Shown here one piece after another: positions 1-9,171 of a stretch of 26,427 nt of DNA; positions within the stretch are counted from its first letter, which is position 1, and the number at the start of each line of letters is the position of its first letter. The stretch lies in the NCBI GenBank assembly GCA_044356295.1, contig JBIKWN010000123.1:1-26427 (forward strand), given 5' to 3'. A model generated the notes under the pieces. The model saw only the letters and a program-made list of their open reading frames with translations, did no database searches and had not been told where the DNA came from. Source of the stretch: Bdellovibrionota bacterium (GTDB lineage Bacteria; Bdellovibrionota_C; UBA2361; JBIKWN01). Position numbers and translations under genes: made by a program.

Positions 1-521
1 TAGTCCTTATTTAATATATCTAGATTAGATACCGGTTTATATGGCAGCAGATAACTAGGAGTATCTCTCTCCTTTGTTCCTTGTGCTAGTACTATATTGT
101 CAGCAGTAATAATGGCGCCCTGCTTTAAATGTACTTGACCATCTCTTATATCAAGCACATCATCATACAAGAATTGAACTCCTTCTTGCTGCAACTTTTG
201 TTTTACCCAACACAGATAGCCAAACATCTGAGATCTCTTTATGCGGCGTGGATCTGTTTCTATAGCTAATTGATCCGTGGTAAACATGTCCTCTGTGTAC
301 AAATAATTGCTTAGAGAATAATGTCTATTATTAGCACTATACGTTACTAGATCAAAGGAGACTGGGCTGCGCAATTCAAAGTCTGCTACGGTAGAAGTAG
401 CAGACCATGTAGCGCCAGGTTTAGAGTCTACTATGTATATTTGATCAATATAGGGCAGCGCCTCAATAGCTACTGCTAATCCTCTAGGCCCTCCTCCAAC
501 AATTATAATGCTACGCAACAT
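1..521 (-). CDS. FAD/NAD(P)-dependent flavoprotein, lysine/ornithine N-monooxygenase-like (3'-truncated by window edge)
   Basis: Not in the ORF track; translated by hand from ATG at 521 and open to base 1: MLRSIIIVGGGPRGLAVAIEALPYIDQIYIVDSKPGATW...FELRSPVSFDLVT...RSQMFGYLCWVKQ...ITADNIVLAQG. It has a Rossmann GxGxxG, an acidic residue ending beta2 (IVD), an R-x-x-x-x-x-Y-L-x-W segment as in SidA/IucD-type hydroxylases, and an ATG-like motif (VLAQG). The start overlaps the last 11 nt of the fibre gene. Confidence 0.8.
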   Translation of the reverse strand, partial: MLRSIIIVGGGPRGLAVAIEALPYIDQIYIVDSKPGATWSATSTVADFELRSPVSFDLVTYSANNRHYSLSNYLYTEDMFTTDQLAIETDPRRIKRSQMFGYLCWVKQKLQQEGVQFLYDDVLDIRDGQVHLKQGAIITADNIVLAQGTKERDTPSYLLPYKPVSNLDILNKD

Positions 522-2127
522 AAGGCTTAAACCATAAAGTAGTGCTGTTTAATGCTATGCCTGCTACTAATAATCCTGCAGTAGTAGTGATGCTTGTATT
601 GCTGTTATTTATGTAGTACAGAGAGCCTGGAACTAAACTAGTAAAGGCGTTTACTAGACTATTATTTGTATATAAATTACCATCAACATAAATAGCAAAG
701 AAGTTAAGTAAAGGTTGATTATGGCTGACTGTAATAGGAGCCCACGTATTTGCTTGCACTGGAATAAATACCTGTCCATTTACTGGTATTACTTGACCAA
801 AGCCTTGTGCTGTTAAGAATCTAGGTACAAGGTTATTAGGAGTGCCAGGTACATAGTCAGTTCCTCTATAGACTAAAGTAGACTCTTGATCAGGAACTTG
901 TGAGTCAATCGTAATAGGTATTCCATTTAATCTATTGGCATTCCAAAAGTTAGCGTCGTTTAAGATAGTTAAGGTTAGATTGTTAGTGTTATTTTGAATA
1001 GTTGCTACGTTAGTATTTGCTACGTTAATTACTTTTAGAGTAGTAACGTTATTAGCTTGAGAAGCTATAAGACTATTAGTAGTACCCGTAGAAGCAATTA
1101 CTGTACTGCTATTGCCTCTAATAAGTACCTCAGTATCATTAGATTCAACCGTAATACCATCTAATCCTCTAAGTGTTCTAAGCTCGTACTTGTCCGTAAC
1201 AGCATTAAAAGATTTGTATATTGGGCGGCCTGCTCCTATATTGCTAAGCTGATTAGTTGAAGTAGAAGCAATAGTAAGACTTGTTTCACTGTCTGTAATA
1301 GTTACGCCACTACCCGCACTAATTCTCTTAATTTGACCTAAGCCATTATATAAAGTACTGCCTACATCATTAGCGTTAGTTAGTCCAACTCCATTGCCTG
1401 TACCTACCGCACTAATAGTTATCTCAGAAGCAGAGTCTGATATAAGAATGTTGGTACCCGCCTTAATACTCTTAAAACGTAAAGTAGAAGCTACATTGTT
1501 AACGTATATGCGCCCAGTACCTACCCCTACGTTTTGACCAACTACAGTATTAATTCCGGCACTAGCATTAATTACTATTTGATTGCTGTTAGTCGTGTCT
1601 AAGGTAATATTGTTACCTGCTACTAGAGACTTAAAGCGTAAGTCTGCTCCTACTTTCTCCTTGTATATAGCAATACCCGTGCCTACACTAGAAGCAGTAT
1701 TAGCTTCTCCAGGTGCAGTATTAGATATGGTTATAGTGTTTACATCAGAGGAGATGCCAATATTAGTGCCTGCAACTATGGTCTTTAAGTTGTAAGTACC
1801 TCCACTGTAGTTTTTGTATAGAGATGCACCAGACCCCACATTAGTAATAGTTAAAGGATTGGGTATTGTGCTGGATATTAACAGCGTTCTGTATACACCA
1901 CTATCAGTAGTACTTACATTAATATTATTACCTGCTACAACATTTATAGCGCCGTAAGTTCCGTCTAATACTCCATTTAAATAGAGCTTAGTACGAGGTG
2001 GTACATTTGCTAGAAGCGTAGTAAAAGAGACTGCCTTAGTCTCATTGTTGTTAGTGTCCTCTACAGGGAAATAAGTAGTGCCGCTTAATGAGGTAAGTAT
2101 TGGTAGATCTGTTATGTTTGTCTGCAT
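511..2127 (-). CDS. Tail fibre / receptor-binding-like structural protein with internal repeats
   Basis: 538 aa, rich in G/S/T/N/I/V. N-terminal ITDLPxxTSLSGxxxFPV attachment-type motif, about 6 repeats of ~45-50 aa, WNANRLNG motif. Lies downstream of the baseplate genes. Confidence 0.7.
   Translation of the reverse strand: MQTNITDLPILTSLSGTTYFPVEDTNNNETKAVSFTTLLANVPPRTKLYLNGVLDGTYGAINVVAGNNINVSTTDSGVYRTLLISSTIPNPLTITNVGSGASLYKNYSGGTYNLKTIVAGTNIGISSDVNTITISNTAPGEANTASSVGTGIAIYKEKVGADLRFKSLVAGNNITLDTTNSNQIVINASAGINTVVGQNVGVGTGRIYVNNVASTLRFKSIKAGTNILISDSASEITISAVGTGNGVGLTNANDVGSTLYNGLGQIKRISAGSGVTITDSETSLTIASTSTNQLSNIGAGRPIYKSFNAVTDKYELRTLRGLDGITVESNDTEVLIRGNSSTVIASTGTTNSLIASQANNVTTLKVINVANTNVATIQNNTNNLTLTILNDANFWNANRLNGIPITIDSQVPDQESTLVYRGTDYVPGTPNNLVPRFLTAQGFGQVIPVNGQVFIPVQANTWAPITVSHNQPLLNFFAIYVDGNLYTNNSLVNAFTSLVPGSLYYINNSNTSITTTAGLLVAGIALNSTTLWFKPYVA
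964..1947 (-). repeat. Protein-level tandem repeats in the fibre (consensus ~NVGxGxxIYKxxxxxxLxFKSIxAGxNIxIxxxxxxITIS)
   Basis: Copies visible in the translation: NVGSGASLYK..LKTIVAGTNIGIS; SVGTGIAIYK..RFKSLVAGNNITL; NVGVGTGRIYV..RFKSIKAGTNILIS; DVGSTLY..IKRISAGSGVTIT; NIGAGRPIYK..LRTLRGLDGITV; plus degenerate first and last copies. Confidence 0.85.
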
Positions 2128-2141
2128 ATAATATAAACCGT

Positions 2142-2237
2142 TTATTCAATAAGTAGAGAGTCTAATAAGTCTGTCTCCTGTGTAATAGGATCTCCTACTG
2201 AAGTAGTTCTTTCTTTACAACAAGAGCTAAGGCACAT
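2142..2237 (-). CDS. Putative 31-aa small protein MCLSSCCKERTTSVGDPITQETDLLDSLLIE
   Basis: ATG at 2237 overlaps the 3' end of the 693-aa gene in the -1 frame; TAA at 2142-2144. It fills the longest gap between ORF-track genes in this tightly packed operon. The acidic 'DPITQE....LLIE' motif resembles short motifs near phage fibre genes. Confidence 0.45.
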   Translation of the reverse strand: MCLSSCCKERTTSVGDPITQETDLLDSLLIE

Positions 2238-4276
2238 TGCCCATCAGTTCTAAGTATTAACTGACCATTTACGTCTACCTGGCATCTATAGTCTTCTAAT
2301 TTAACTATGTCAAAACAGATGTCAAAATCATTGTACAAAGGCATTTCTATGCCGCTAACTACATTTACAGGAATACCAACAACTTCAATAGTCTTTAGCT
2401 GCTGTTTAATGTAGTCATCTATATAGCCTAAGATCTCAATATCTACTGTGTTGCTGTAGGCTCCAGACCAGTAAGTAGATCTAATCTCTTGGCTGTCTAC
2501 AGACAAAGCAGTAGTTAAAAGCTCCTTTCTGTTTAATAGATAGTTACTGTTAAATAACTGCGTATGTGTTGTCTTGGTACTAATAATGTCTTTCTGTCTT
2601 CTAGCGTGTACGTACAAGTCTATAAGAGGCTTAGTAAATCCTCGTATTACAAGATCCTGTATAGGAGTCTCTTCACTTAGCCACGTATAGTTAACTGGAA
2701 TAGTTGCTTTAAAGGTAGTGAATACCTGTTGTTCATACATTTCTAAACATTCATAGAATGTATGCGTAAGCCTAGAAGAAGAGATAGGTATGCTCTGTAC
2801 ATCTACAATAAGACTATTAGTGCGCAGGTAACTAGGCAATACTACATTAATAAGCCTAAACAATAGAAGCTCCTGCGTACTTAGTTCTGTATCCGCATTT
2901 ATATAATAAGGTGTTGTAAAGGATAAGTAGTTAAATAGCTGACCTAAATACTTTTTAGTGTCAACATCTATGTTATATACGTACTTAGTAAATAGGTCCC
3001 CATATACAGTAGATTCTGTAGTTACTACAGGATTGTTAAGGCTTTCAAGAAATACACCGTCATGATAAAAACAGTACTTTATGTATTTGATTAGTGTTGT
3101 AGCAAGAGATAAGTACGTAACATCATTAGTATTTACATATAGCTCCGTATACGCAATTAACTTAATAAAGCTGTTCTTTAGACTTCTAGTAGTAATAGCG
3201 TTAATCGTATCTATTACTGCGTTTACTTCTTGCTTAGCAAGTATAAGAGCTAAGAAGGATAACAACTGAATAGTTATGTCAGGTAATTCTTCTGTTGTGT
3301 AGTTAGTCGTGCCTAATACATTAGGAGAAGTTACTAAGTTGCTTATCCAGTTGCTCTTATCGTCCACAAGCTGCGTATATTCAATAGGAGCTGTAGCCGT
3401 CTTAACATAGCTATGACGTATGGTATTGTATGCCGCTATATCATTTATAGTTAGTAGCAGTATGTCTGCTAATCTATTTCTATCCTTATACAGTACTAAC
3501 TGCTGCGGCAAAGATATATCTACATCCGTAAGCAGAAGATAAATAATAGACCATAAAATATTCTCCGTATCATAAAGACGTACTGTCCAAGGAATGTTTG
3601 TCTCCCAGTTACTTCTTAGGTATAAAGGGCGCTCAACAAATCTATACGTACTAACTATCTCTACTAAATTAAACTTAGTAATAGTAATAACTGCAGAAAA
3701 GCTTTCTGGTAAGTCAAGATCTACAGTAACTGTATTGTCTATTAAACCCTGCTCTTTACTAATAAAGATCTCTTCTCCTGTCTCTATATGTATTGCGGAG
3801 ACTTGATACAGATAAGAGTAGCCATAATCATCTGCATTAGCCTGTATAAAGTAGTAAGGTATATCATCTATTAGATAATACACATTACTGCTAATAGCAG
3901 TAGTCCATGCTCCGTATTTATCCATACACTCATTATTAATACAGTCATCAGTTATTACTGACGGTTGAGGATTTAGACGCAGATTATTAAGAGTAATAGT
4001 TAATACGTTATTACTTCTATTAAACGTAGGATATATAAGCTTCTGCGGCGTATTTACATACTCATACTTCTTATCATCATTTTCTATAATCTGATCGCAG
4101 ATAGGAATACAGCTATCCTCTATACAGTCGGTAGATAGACCAAGCTTAGTCTGTACAAGAGAGACTTTACTAGTAGTATTGCCAGACTTATACGCATTCC
4201 ACCATATATTATTACCTCCCTGATCTAGGTAAGTTAATACCTTGTTAAAAGCGTAGGAATTATCTTGACTTAACAC
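2195..4276 (-). CDS. Putative baseplate wedge-associated structural protein
   Basis: 693 aa, overlaps the end of the gpJ-like gene and precedes the fibre (the gpI/wedge position). Has Cys clusters and a central helical segment resembling an (alpha/alpha)6 hairpin. Confidence 0.45.
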   Translation of the reverse strand: MLSQDNSYAFNKVLTYLDQGGNNIWWNAYKSGNTTSKVSLVQTKLGLSTDCIEDSCIPICDQIIENDDKKYEYVNTPQKLIYPTFNRSNNVLTITLNNLRLNPQPSVITDDCINNECMDKYGAWTTAISSNVYYLIDDIPYYFIQANADDYGYSYLYQVSAIHIETGEEIFISKEQGLIDNTVTVDLDLPESFSAVITITKFNLVEIVSTYRFVERPLYLRSNWETNIPWTVRLYDTENILWSIIYLLLTDVDISLPQQLVLYKDRNRLADILLLTINDIAAYNTIRHSYVKTATAPIEYTQLVDDKSNWISNLVTSPNVLGTTNYTTEELPDITIQLLSFLALILAKQEVNAVIDTINAITTRSLKNSFIKLIAYTELYVNTNDVTYLSLATTLIKYIKYCFYHDGVFLESLNNPVVTTESTVYGDLFTKYVYNIDVDTKKYLGQLFNYLSFTTPYYINADTELSTQELLLFRLINVVLPSYLRTNSLIVDVQSIPISSSRLTHTFYECLEMYEQQVFTTFKATIPVNYTWLSEETPIQDLVIRGFTKPLIDLYVHARRQKDIISTKTTHTQLFNSNYLLNRKELLTTALSVDSQEIRSTYWSGAYSNTVDIEILGYIDDYIKQQLKTIEVVGIPVNVVSGIEMPLYNDFDICFDIVKLEDYRCQVDVNGQLILRTDGQCALALVVKKELLQ

Positions 4277-5318
4277 TAACTACTACCTCGCTAGGAATTA
4301 ATAGATACTCATTAATTATTGGAGTAATAGTAGTTGCAGGCTTATTAACGCTTACCGTATACCCCGTCTTACTAGTAACATAACTAGTAAGCTGTCCTAC
4401 TACTACACTATCTCCTACAGTTAAATAAGAGAAGTATTCTTCAACTGCCGCTTTTATATTGTCTACAACAGTAGATACAGAGTCACTAGTGATTCCAGTT
4501 AAATACGCGGTTAGATCTAAATCTACTGGTTGATACTGTAAAGACTTAACTATAAATAGTACTCCTACTGCTTTAATGTTATTGACAGTGCTAATTACTT
4601 TGTCTATGACTAACTGATTAGCAGTGTCTATGTATATAGTAGTGTATCCAGGAGCAGGCCTTCTTTCTACTATATGAATAGTATTTACATAACTCTGTAG
4701 TTGACTAATAATAGCGTCTTTATTAACTAGGCCCTTATTAAATATAAACGTATTAAGTCTTGTTCTTAATGCATCGTCTGATTCAGATGAAGAGCCACCT
4801 ATCAGATTTCCTACTAGCTGTTTTGTATTGTCTCTATAACTCCCAACAACAGCAGAAACATCACTGTTAATAAAATAGAGAGGAGTACCTGCTACTAAGT
4901 TAGCGTTGCTAGACTGAGTTATAGATGTAACGGGCACTAATGCTTCTCTATCCGCACTTACTACTACTTCCTTTGTAGTCTCTAAAGTAATAGTGCCAGT
5001 TACGTTTTGTAGTTGAGCTCCTACTAATAACTTAGTAGTATTAGTTGCTTTAGCTAATACAGTACCAAAAGAGCTAGTACCTGGTCTTCTTGATAGTCCG
5101 TAGGTATTAGCAAGCACATCTAGATCATTGCCCTGACTACTAGATACTAGACCCGCATTAACAATACCGGTAATCTCCTGTTCTTGTGCGTAACAGGTAG
5201 CCGCCATTCCTCTAATAAGAGTATAGAGGACTCCATAACTAGAGGCTGCCTTTTCAAGGCTAGTATTGTTAAATTGCTGTCTTATATCTTCAACTATTTG
5301 CTCAAATGTTCTAGACAT
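4260..5318 (-). CDS. Baseplate J-like wedge protein (P2 gpJ / Mu gp47 family)
   Basis: Typical motifs: SRTFEQIVEDI, GNDLDVLANTYGLSRRPGT, GGSSSESDDALRTRL, PAPGYTTIYID, IKAAVEEYFSYLTVGDSV. AGGAG Shine-Dalgarno upstream. Confidence 0.9.
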   Translation of the reverse strand: MSRTFEQIVEDIRQQFNNTSLEKAASSYGVLYTLIRGMAATCYAQEQEITGIVNAGLVSSSQGNDLDVLANTYGLSRRPGTSSFGTVLAKATNTTKLLVGAQLQNVTGTITLETTKEVVVSADREALVPVTSITQSSNANLVAGTPLYFINSDVSAVVGSYRDNTKQLVGNLIGGSSSESDDALRTRLNTFIFNKGLVNKDAIISQLQSYVNTIHIVERRPAPGYTTIYIDTANQLVIDKVISTVNNIKAVGVLFIVKSLQYQPVDLDLTAYLTGITSDSVSTVVDNIKAAVEEYFSYLTVGDSVVVGQLTSYVTSKTGYTVSVNKPATTITPIINEYLLIPSEVVVSVKSR

Positions 5319-5673
5319 TAATTAATATCTCCTGTGTTTGATTGTTTGCATAGGTAATGATATAAGTGACTTGATTAAGTGAATCCACAACTGTCTGTAT
5401 CTCTTTTACTACTACATCTACAAACTTAAGCGCATTATCTACGTCAGAGTTCATATCAGCTAATAAAGAAGAATTAACGTTCTCACCAATCTTAGTATAT
5501 ATGCTGTTACCGTAAGCCTGATCTACGTACTTGTTAGCATCGTACTCCCACGTTAAATAGCCCAGAGGAGTTATTACTGCTCTTCTAACAAGGTTGTTAG
5601 GAGTGTCTTCAATTACTAAGTCTTCCGTAGTAGCATCAATAATGAGATCTTTGTCTGCCGCAATATCATACAT
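5311..5673 (-). CDS. Putative gp25/gpW-like baseplate wedge / sheath initiator
   Basis: 120 aa, acidic, immediately upstream of and overlapping the gpJ-like gene. Pattern 'RRAVITPLG...YGNSIYTKIGE' resembles gp25/gp46-type T-x-x-G...YG motifs. Confidence 0.6.
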   Translation of the reverse strand: MYDIAADKDLIIDATTEDLVIEDTPNNLVRRAVITPLGYLTWEYDANKYVDQAYGNSIYTKIGENVNSSLLADMNSDVDNALKFVDVVVKEIQTVVDSLNQVTYIITYANNQTQEILINV

Positions 5674-5682
5674 AAGTATTTA

Positions 5683-6030
5683 CTAAATAAGTTTGTAGGC
5701 GGACTGAGGAAAGTTAATATGAAAGTTAGTCTCTCCTTTAGCTCTGCCAATAGTAATTGTCTGATTATCCATAATATTTACTCCTGTTTTGTATGAAATA
5801 TCTAGAATGTAGAAGCCATTAACAAGATCTACAGGAACAAGTATTATTTGATTATTATTAATAGATTCTTTTTCATAGACTAGTTTTCTGTTGGCACATT
5901 GAAGCCAATCAAGATCTGGATTTATATCAGAGTAGTATAGTCTTACAAGAATACTGGTTATCTGTTTTCTTAAATAGGGCAGGTACACCGCAAAACCATT
6001 AACTATATATTGAGTTGGACGTATAAACAT
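5683..6030 (-). CDS. Hypothetical protein
   Basis: 115-aa ORF, in operon with short gaps on both sides; no recognisable motif. Confidence 0.6.
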   Translation of the reverse strand: MFIRPTQYIVNGFAVYLPYLRKQITSILVRLYYSDINPDLDWLQCANRKLVYEKESINNNQIILVPVDLVNGFYILDISYKTGVNIMDNQTITIGRAKGETNFHINFPQSAYKLI

Positions 6031-6045
6031 AGGTAGTAATACTTG

Positions 6046-9000
6046 TTATAAAAGTACATAAGCATCTAAAGGATAAGGAACTAATCTATTACCCAGATCT
6101 AAGGCAGTATATTGATATAGAGCTCCTGTAGCTATCGTTTCAAGCACAAGAACTGTATTAGGATTATTAATACGGGCAATATATAATCCATCATCCTGTC
6201 TAACTACTACCCTATATTCCAATACATTACTAGTAAATTGACTGTACAGTTTATAAGGACTTAATACCTGATTAGTATTTCTATCTAAAAACAATTCACA
6301 GTAAATATTAACTGGAGTGTTTGTATCGGGAGTAGGCTTATAGTTATTCTTAATTAGGTCTGCATTAGCTAATCTAAATGTCACATACTGCGGCCCTATC
6401 TCCTCAATATTTATTGACGCCTCATCCGCATTTAACTCTGATATGATGCCGCAGTTATCTGGTGTTATATTTAATACGTTCTTATTAGGTACAGTCTGTA
6501 TAACTCTAGGCAAATAGTCAATTATGTCCTGTAATACGGGATTAGATATGTTTTGTAGAGAGGGTGCAGAGCTCTTTATTGAATCAATGCATCCTAATAG
6601 CTTTGCTAGCTCATCTAGTAAAGGAATACCTATTCCGGTAAGTGCAGTAAATATGCTGCCAGCAATGTCATATATGTCTCTATCTTGTACCTTTTTACCT
6701 ATTAGACTTAAGACCTTCTTAGCAATAGGAGTTACAGTAGGACCTAACAATTCAGATACGTAGGGAAGAGATAATAGAGAGCTGTAATTACTATTCTTAA
6801 CTACGTCTGTATATACACTGTATACTTGAGATGCATAATCTACATACATAGAAGCATCTCCACCCACTATCTGAGCAATTCTATTGGCATAGTCTCCAAC
6901 GTCTTTAATGTTGCCTTCAATAATACCTCTAGTAAGAGATAACACTCTTTCTACTGTTGCATCTGGAAAGTAAGCAGTTATAATGCCGTCTATATGCTTA
7001 TTTAATAGCTGCGTAAATCCATTTATATTTACTTGGTCTGCAGCACCAAATTCATCTCCAAACGTAAAACTGTGTTCATTGACATTTACATCTGTTCCTT
7101 GCAGCCAGTTTTCTGTAGTATGACCTGCAACCATAGGATTTTGAGCCTGTAGAGCAATTTGAGTGCTTACATCTATAATTCCCTGTCCAATAGTTGGAGG
7201 TGTTTTAGGTGCGGGAAAGACGGTATAGGGAATACTGTTTAACACTGCTCCAATACCAGTAGGTCTCTTAGTATTAAGAAAGGTGCGCATCTCTTTTACT
7301 AAAGCAGCATTTGCTAGGAACGTATTAACTTGAGCAGAATTGTTAGTAGTTACGTCAACATTACTTATATCTACTAGGGCTAATGCTGTAATAAAGTCTG
7401 AGTAGTTAGCATCAATATTCTTTCTGTACGGCTTACTAAAGAAGTTAATGACCTCAAATCTCTGCAGACTGCTAAGACTCTTAATTGAGCTTTGTAGGTT
7501 ATTCTTAGCTTCAATAGAGGGCACAACTTCATTGGATACAGTAGGTCTACTCTTGTTTGTATAGAAGTCTTCTGGTCTATCTATATACACTTTATGCAGT
7601 AAACCTAATTGAGCAGCGCCTTCTACAGCATTTGCAGCCGTAAACGTATGTTCCTTGTTATTACTAGGTATCTTATCTACTGCTCTTGGTACTGGCTGCG
7701 GCTTAATACTTGTTTTGGGAGTAGGCTTATTAGGTCCTTTTGATGCTGTAGGTATTGAGTTAGATGCAGATATAGGCATATCTGTCTTTAAGTCCTTGGG
7801 TACAGGAACTAAGGGATCTTCTAGAGAAATAAGAAGTCTGTCTTGCGCTTCTAATGCGTGTTCATCTTGCTTCTGTACTTCTGTCTTTGCTGAAGTATCA
7901 GACTGACGTATTGTGTCTACTACCTGATTAATAGTGTCTACTGCAGATACATTAGGTAAACACTTGCTTAAAAAGTCAGCTAGACTGCCAAAAGGAAATT
8001 CAGGAAGACTGGGTACATTTATCTTGATAGGAGGCAGCAATTCTGTTAATAGAGGTACAAGAGGAGCTACTCCAGTACCCGCTAATATACCAAAAGGATT
8101 GACGCTAATACCTACAGTTCTATTACCCGTATAGGTAATAGAGTCTCCTATTAGAGCAGACTGTCCCTTACTAACAATGGTTGTATTTACCGCATTAGAA
8201 GCAAAGTCAATAGATGCAAAACCTATCTTGTTAGAGTTTGCTCCATAAGAATCACTAATATGCGCTATAGTGCCGTCTGCCTGTGTAGTAACAGAACCAG
8301 TAGACTGTAGCAACAACTTACCAATAGCAGGAGTTACTTGACTGTTTATATCTCCTACTGCTTGACTAGTTCCTTCTACTAGAGATGATTGTCCAGCAGC
8401 AATAACTATGTCCTGTTGAGCTAATACACTTGTAGTGCCTTTACTGCCCAACAGCATAGAGTTACTAGCAACATTAATAGCGTTGTTGGAATAGTGATTC
8501 ACGTCACTACTGACTACCTGATAGTCAGTAACAGCAGTAGTTCTACTGCTGGTAGATACTTCAGATATAGTATTTGTAGCTACTGTATGCTTATTCTCTG
8601 CAGAAAGTATCTTCTGCTTAGTTACTGTTATTTCTGTATCATTAGTACGGTAATTAGTATCAGCAATACTAATAGAGGTACTCGTCTTATTTACTACTAC
8701 GTTGCTGTTATTAGTTATGGAGGGCCCCGTATTAATCATGCCTACATCACTTACATTGACAATTGCCCCAGATATAGTAGTAACAGCAGCACTAGTAATA
8801 GTATTAATAGAGCCGGTAAAGTCTTGCGCAGTAATAATATCTATGCTGCTGCGCATTAAGTCCTGTAGTCCTGTGCCTACACTATCCGCAAGACCTTGAA
8901 ATACATCACTGTTTGGTGCCGCTTTTGCTACAGCACTTAATTCCTTTGCATCTCCCTTTAATTTGTCTGCAGTTGACTTAGCCTCTTTAACCGTTGTACT

Positions 9001-9171
9001 GCCTACTGCTTGAACAGTAGATAACCACTCTTTAGATGAATGAACTAGAAAGTTGTCATAAGTAGTGTTAGCTAAGGACTGAGTCAGTTTAGAAGAATTA
9101 CTAGTTGCCTGTGCTAACCCTTCTTTTACCGCATTACCTAACTGCAAATTAGCGTTAAAATTTATAGCCAT
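6046..9171 (-). CDS. Large baseplate/tail protein with spike-like beta-repeat region, Pro-rich linker and helical C-terminal region
   Basis: 1041 aa. Residues ~135-360 are S/T/N/V/I-rich short strands with periodicity like the gp5/VgrG C-terminal beta-helix. Pro/Lys-rich linker (KGPNKPTPKTSIKPQPVP), then amphipathic helices. Confidence 0.5.
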   Translation of the reverse strand: MAINFNANLQLGNAVKEGLAQATSNSSKLTQSLANTTYDNFLVHSSKEWLSTVQAVGSTTVKEAKSTADKLKGDAKELSAVAKAAPNSDVFQGLADSVGTGLQDLMRSSIDIITAQDFTGSINTITSAAVTTISGAIVNVSDVGMINTGPSITNNSNVVVNKTSTSISIADTNYRTNDTEITVTKQKILSAENKHTVATNTISEVSTSSRTTAVTDYQVVSSDVNHYSNNAINVASNSMLLGSKGTTSVLAQQDIVIAAGQSSLVEGTSQAVGDINSQVTPAIGKLLLQSTGSVTTQADGTIAHISDSYGANSNKIGFASIDFASNAVNTTIVSKGQSALIGDSITYTGNRTVGISVNPFGILAGTGVAPLVPLLTELLPPIKINVPSLPEFPFGSLADFLSKCLPNVSAVDTINQVVDTIRQSDTSAKTEVQKQDEHALEAQDRLLISLEDPLVPVPKDLKTDMPISASNSIPTASKGPNKPTPKTSIKPQPVPRAVDKIPSNNKEHTFTAANAVEGAAQLGLLHKVYIDRPEDFYTNKSRPTVSNEVVPSIEAKNNLQSSIKSLSSLQRFEVINFFSKPYRKNIDANYSDFITALALVDISNVDVTTNNSAQVNTFLANAALVKEMRTFLNTKRPTGIGAVLNSIPYTVFPAPKTPPTIGQGIIDVSTQIALQAQNPMVAGHTTENWLQGTDVNVNEHSFTFGDEFGAADQVNINGFTQLLNKHIDGIITAYFPDATVERVLSLTRGIIEGNIKDVGDYANRIAQIVGGDASMYVDYASQVYSVYTDVVKNSNYSSLLSLPYVSELLGPTVTPIAKKVLSLIGKKVQDRDIYDIAGSIFTALTGIGIPLLDELAKLLGCIDSIKSSAPSLQNISNPVLQDIIDYLPRVIQTVPNKNVLNITPDNCGIISELNADEASINIEEIGPQYVTFRLANADLIKNNYKPTPDTNTPVNIYCELFLDRNTNQVLSPYKLYSQFTSNVLEYRVVVRQDDGLYIARINNPNTVLVLETIATGALYQYTALDLGNRLVPYPLDAYVLL

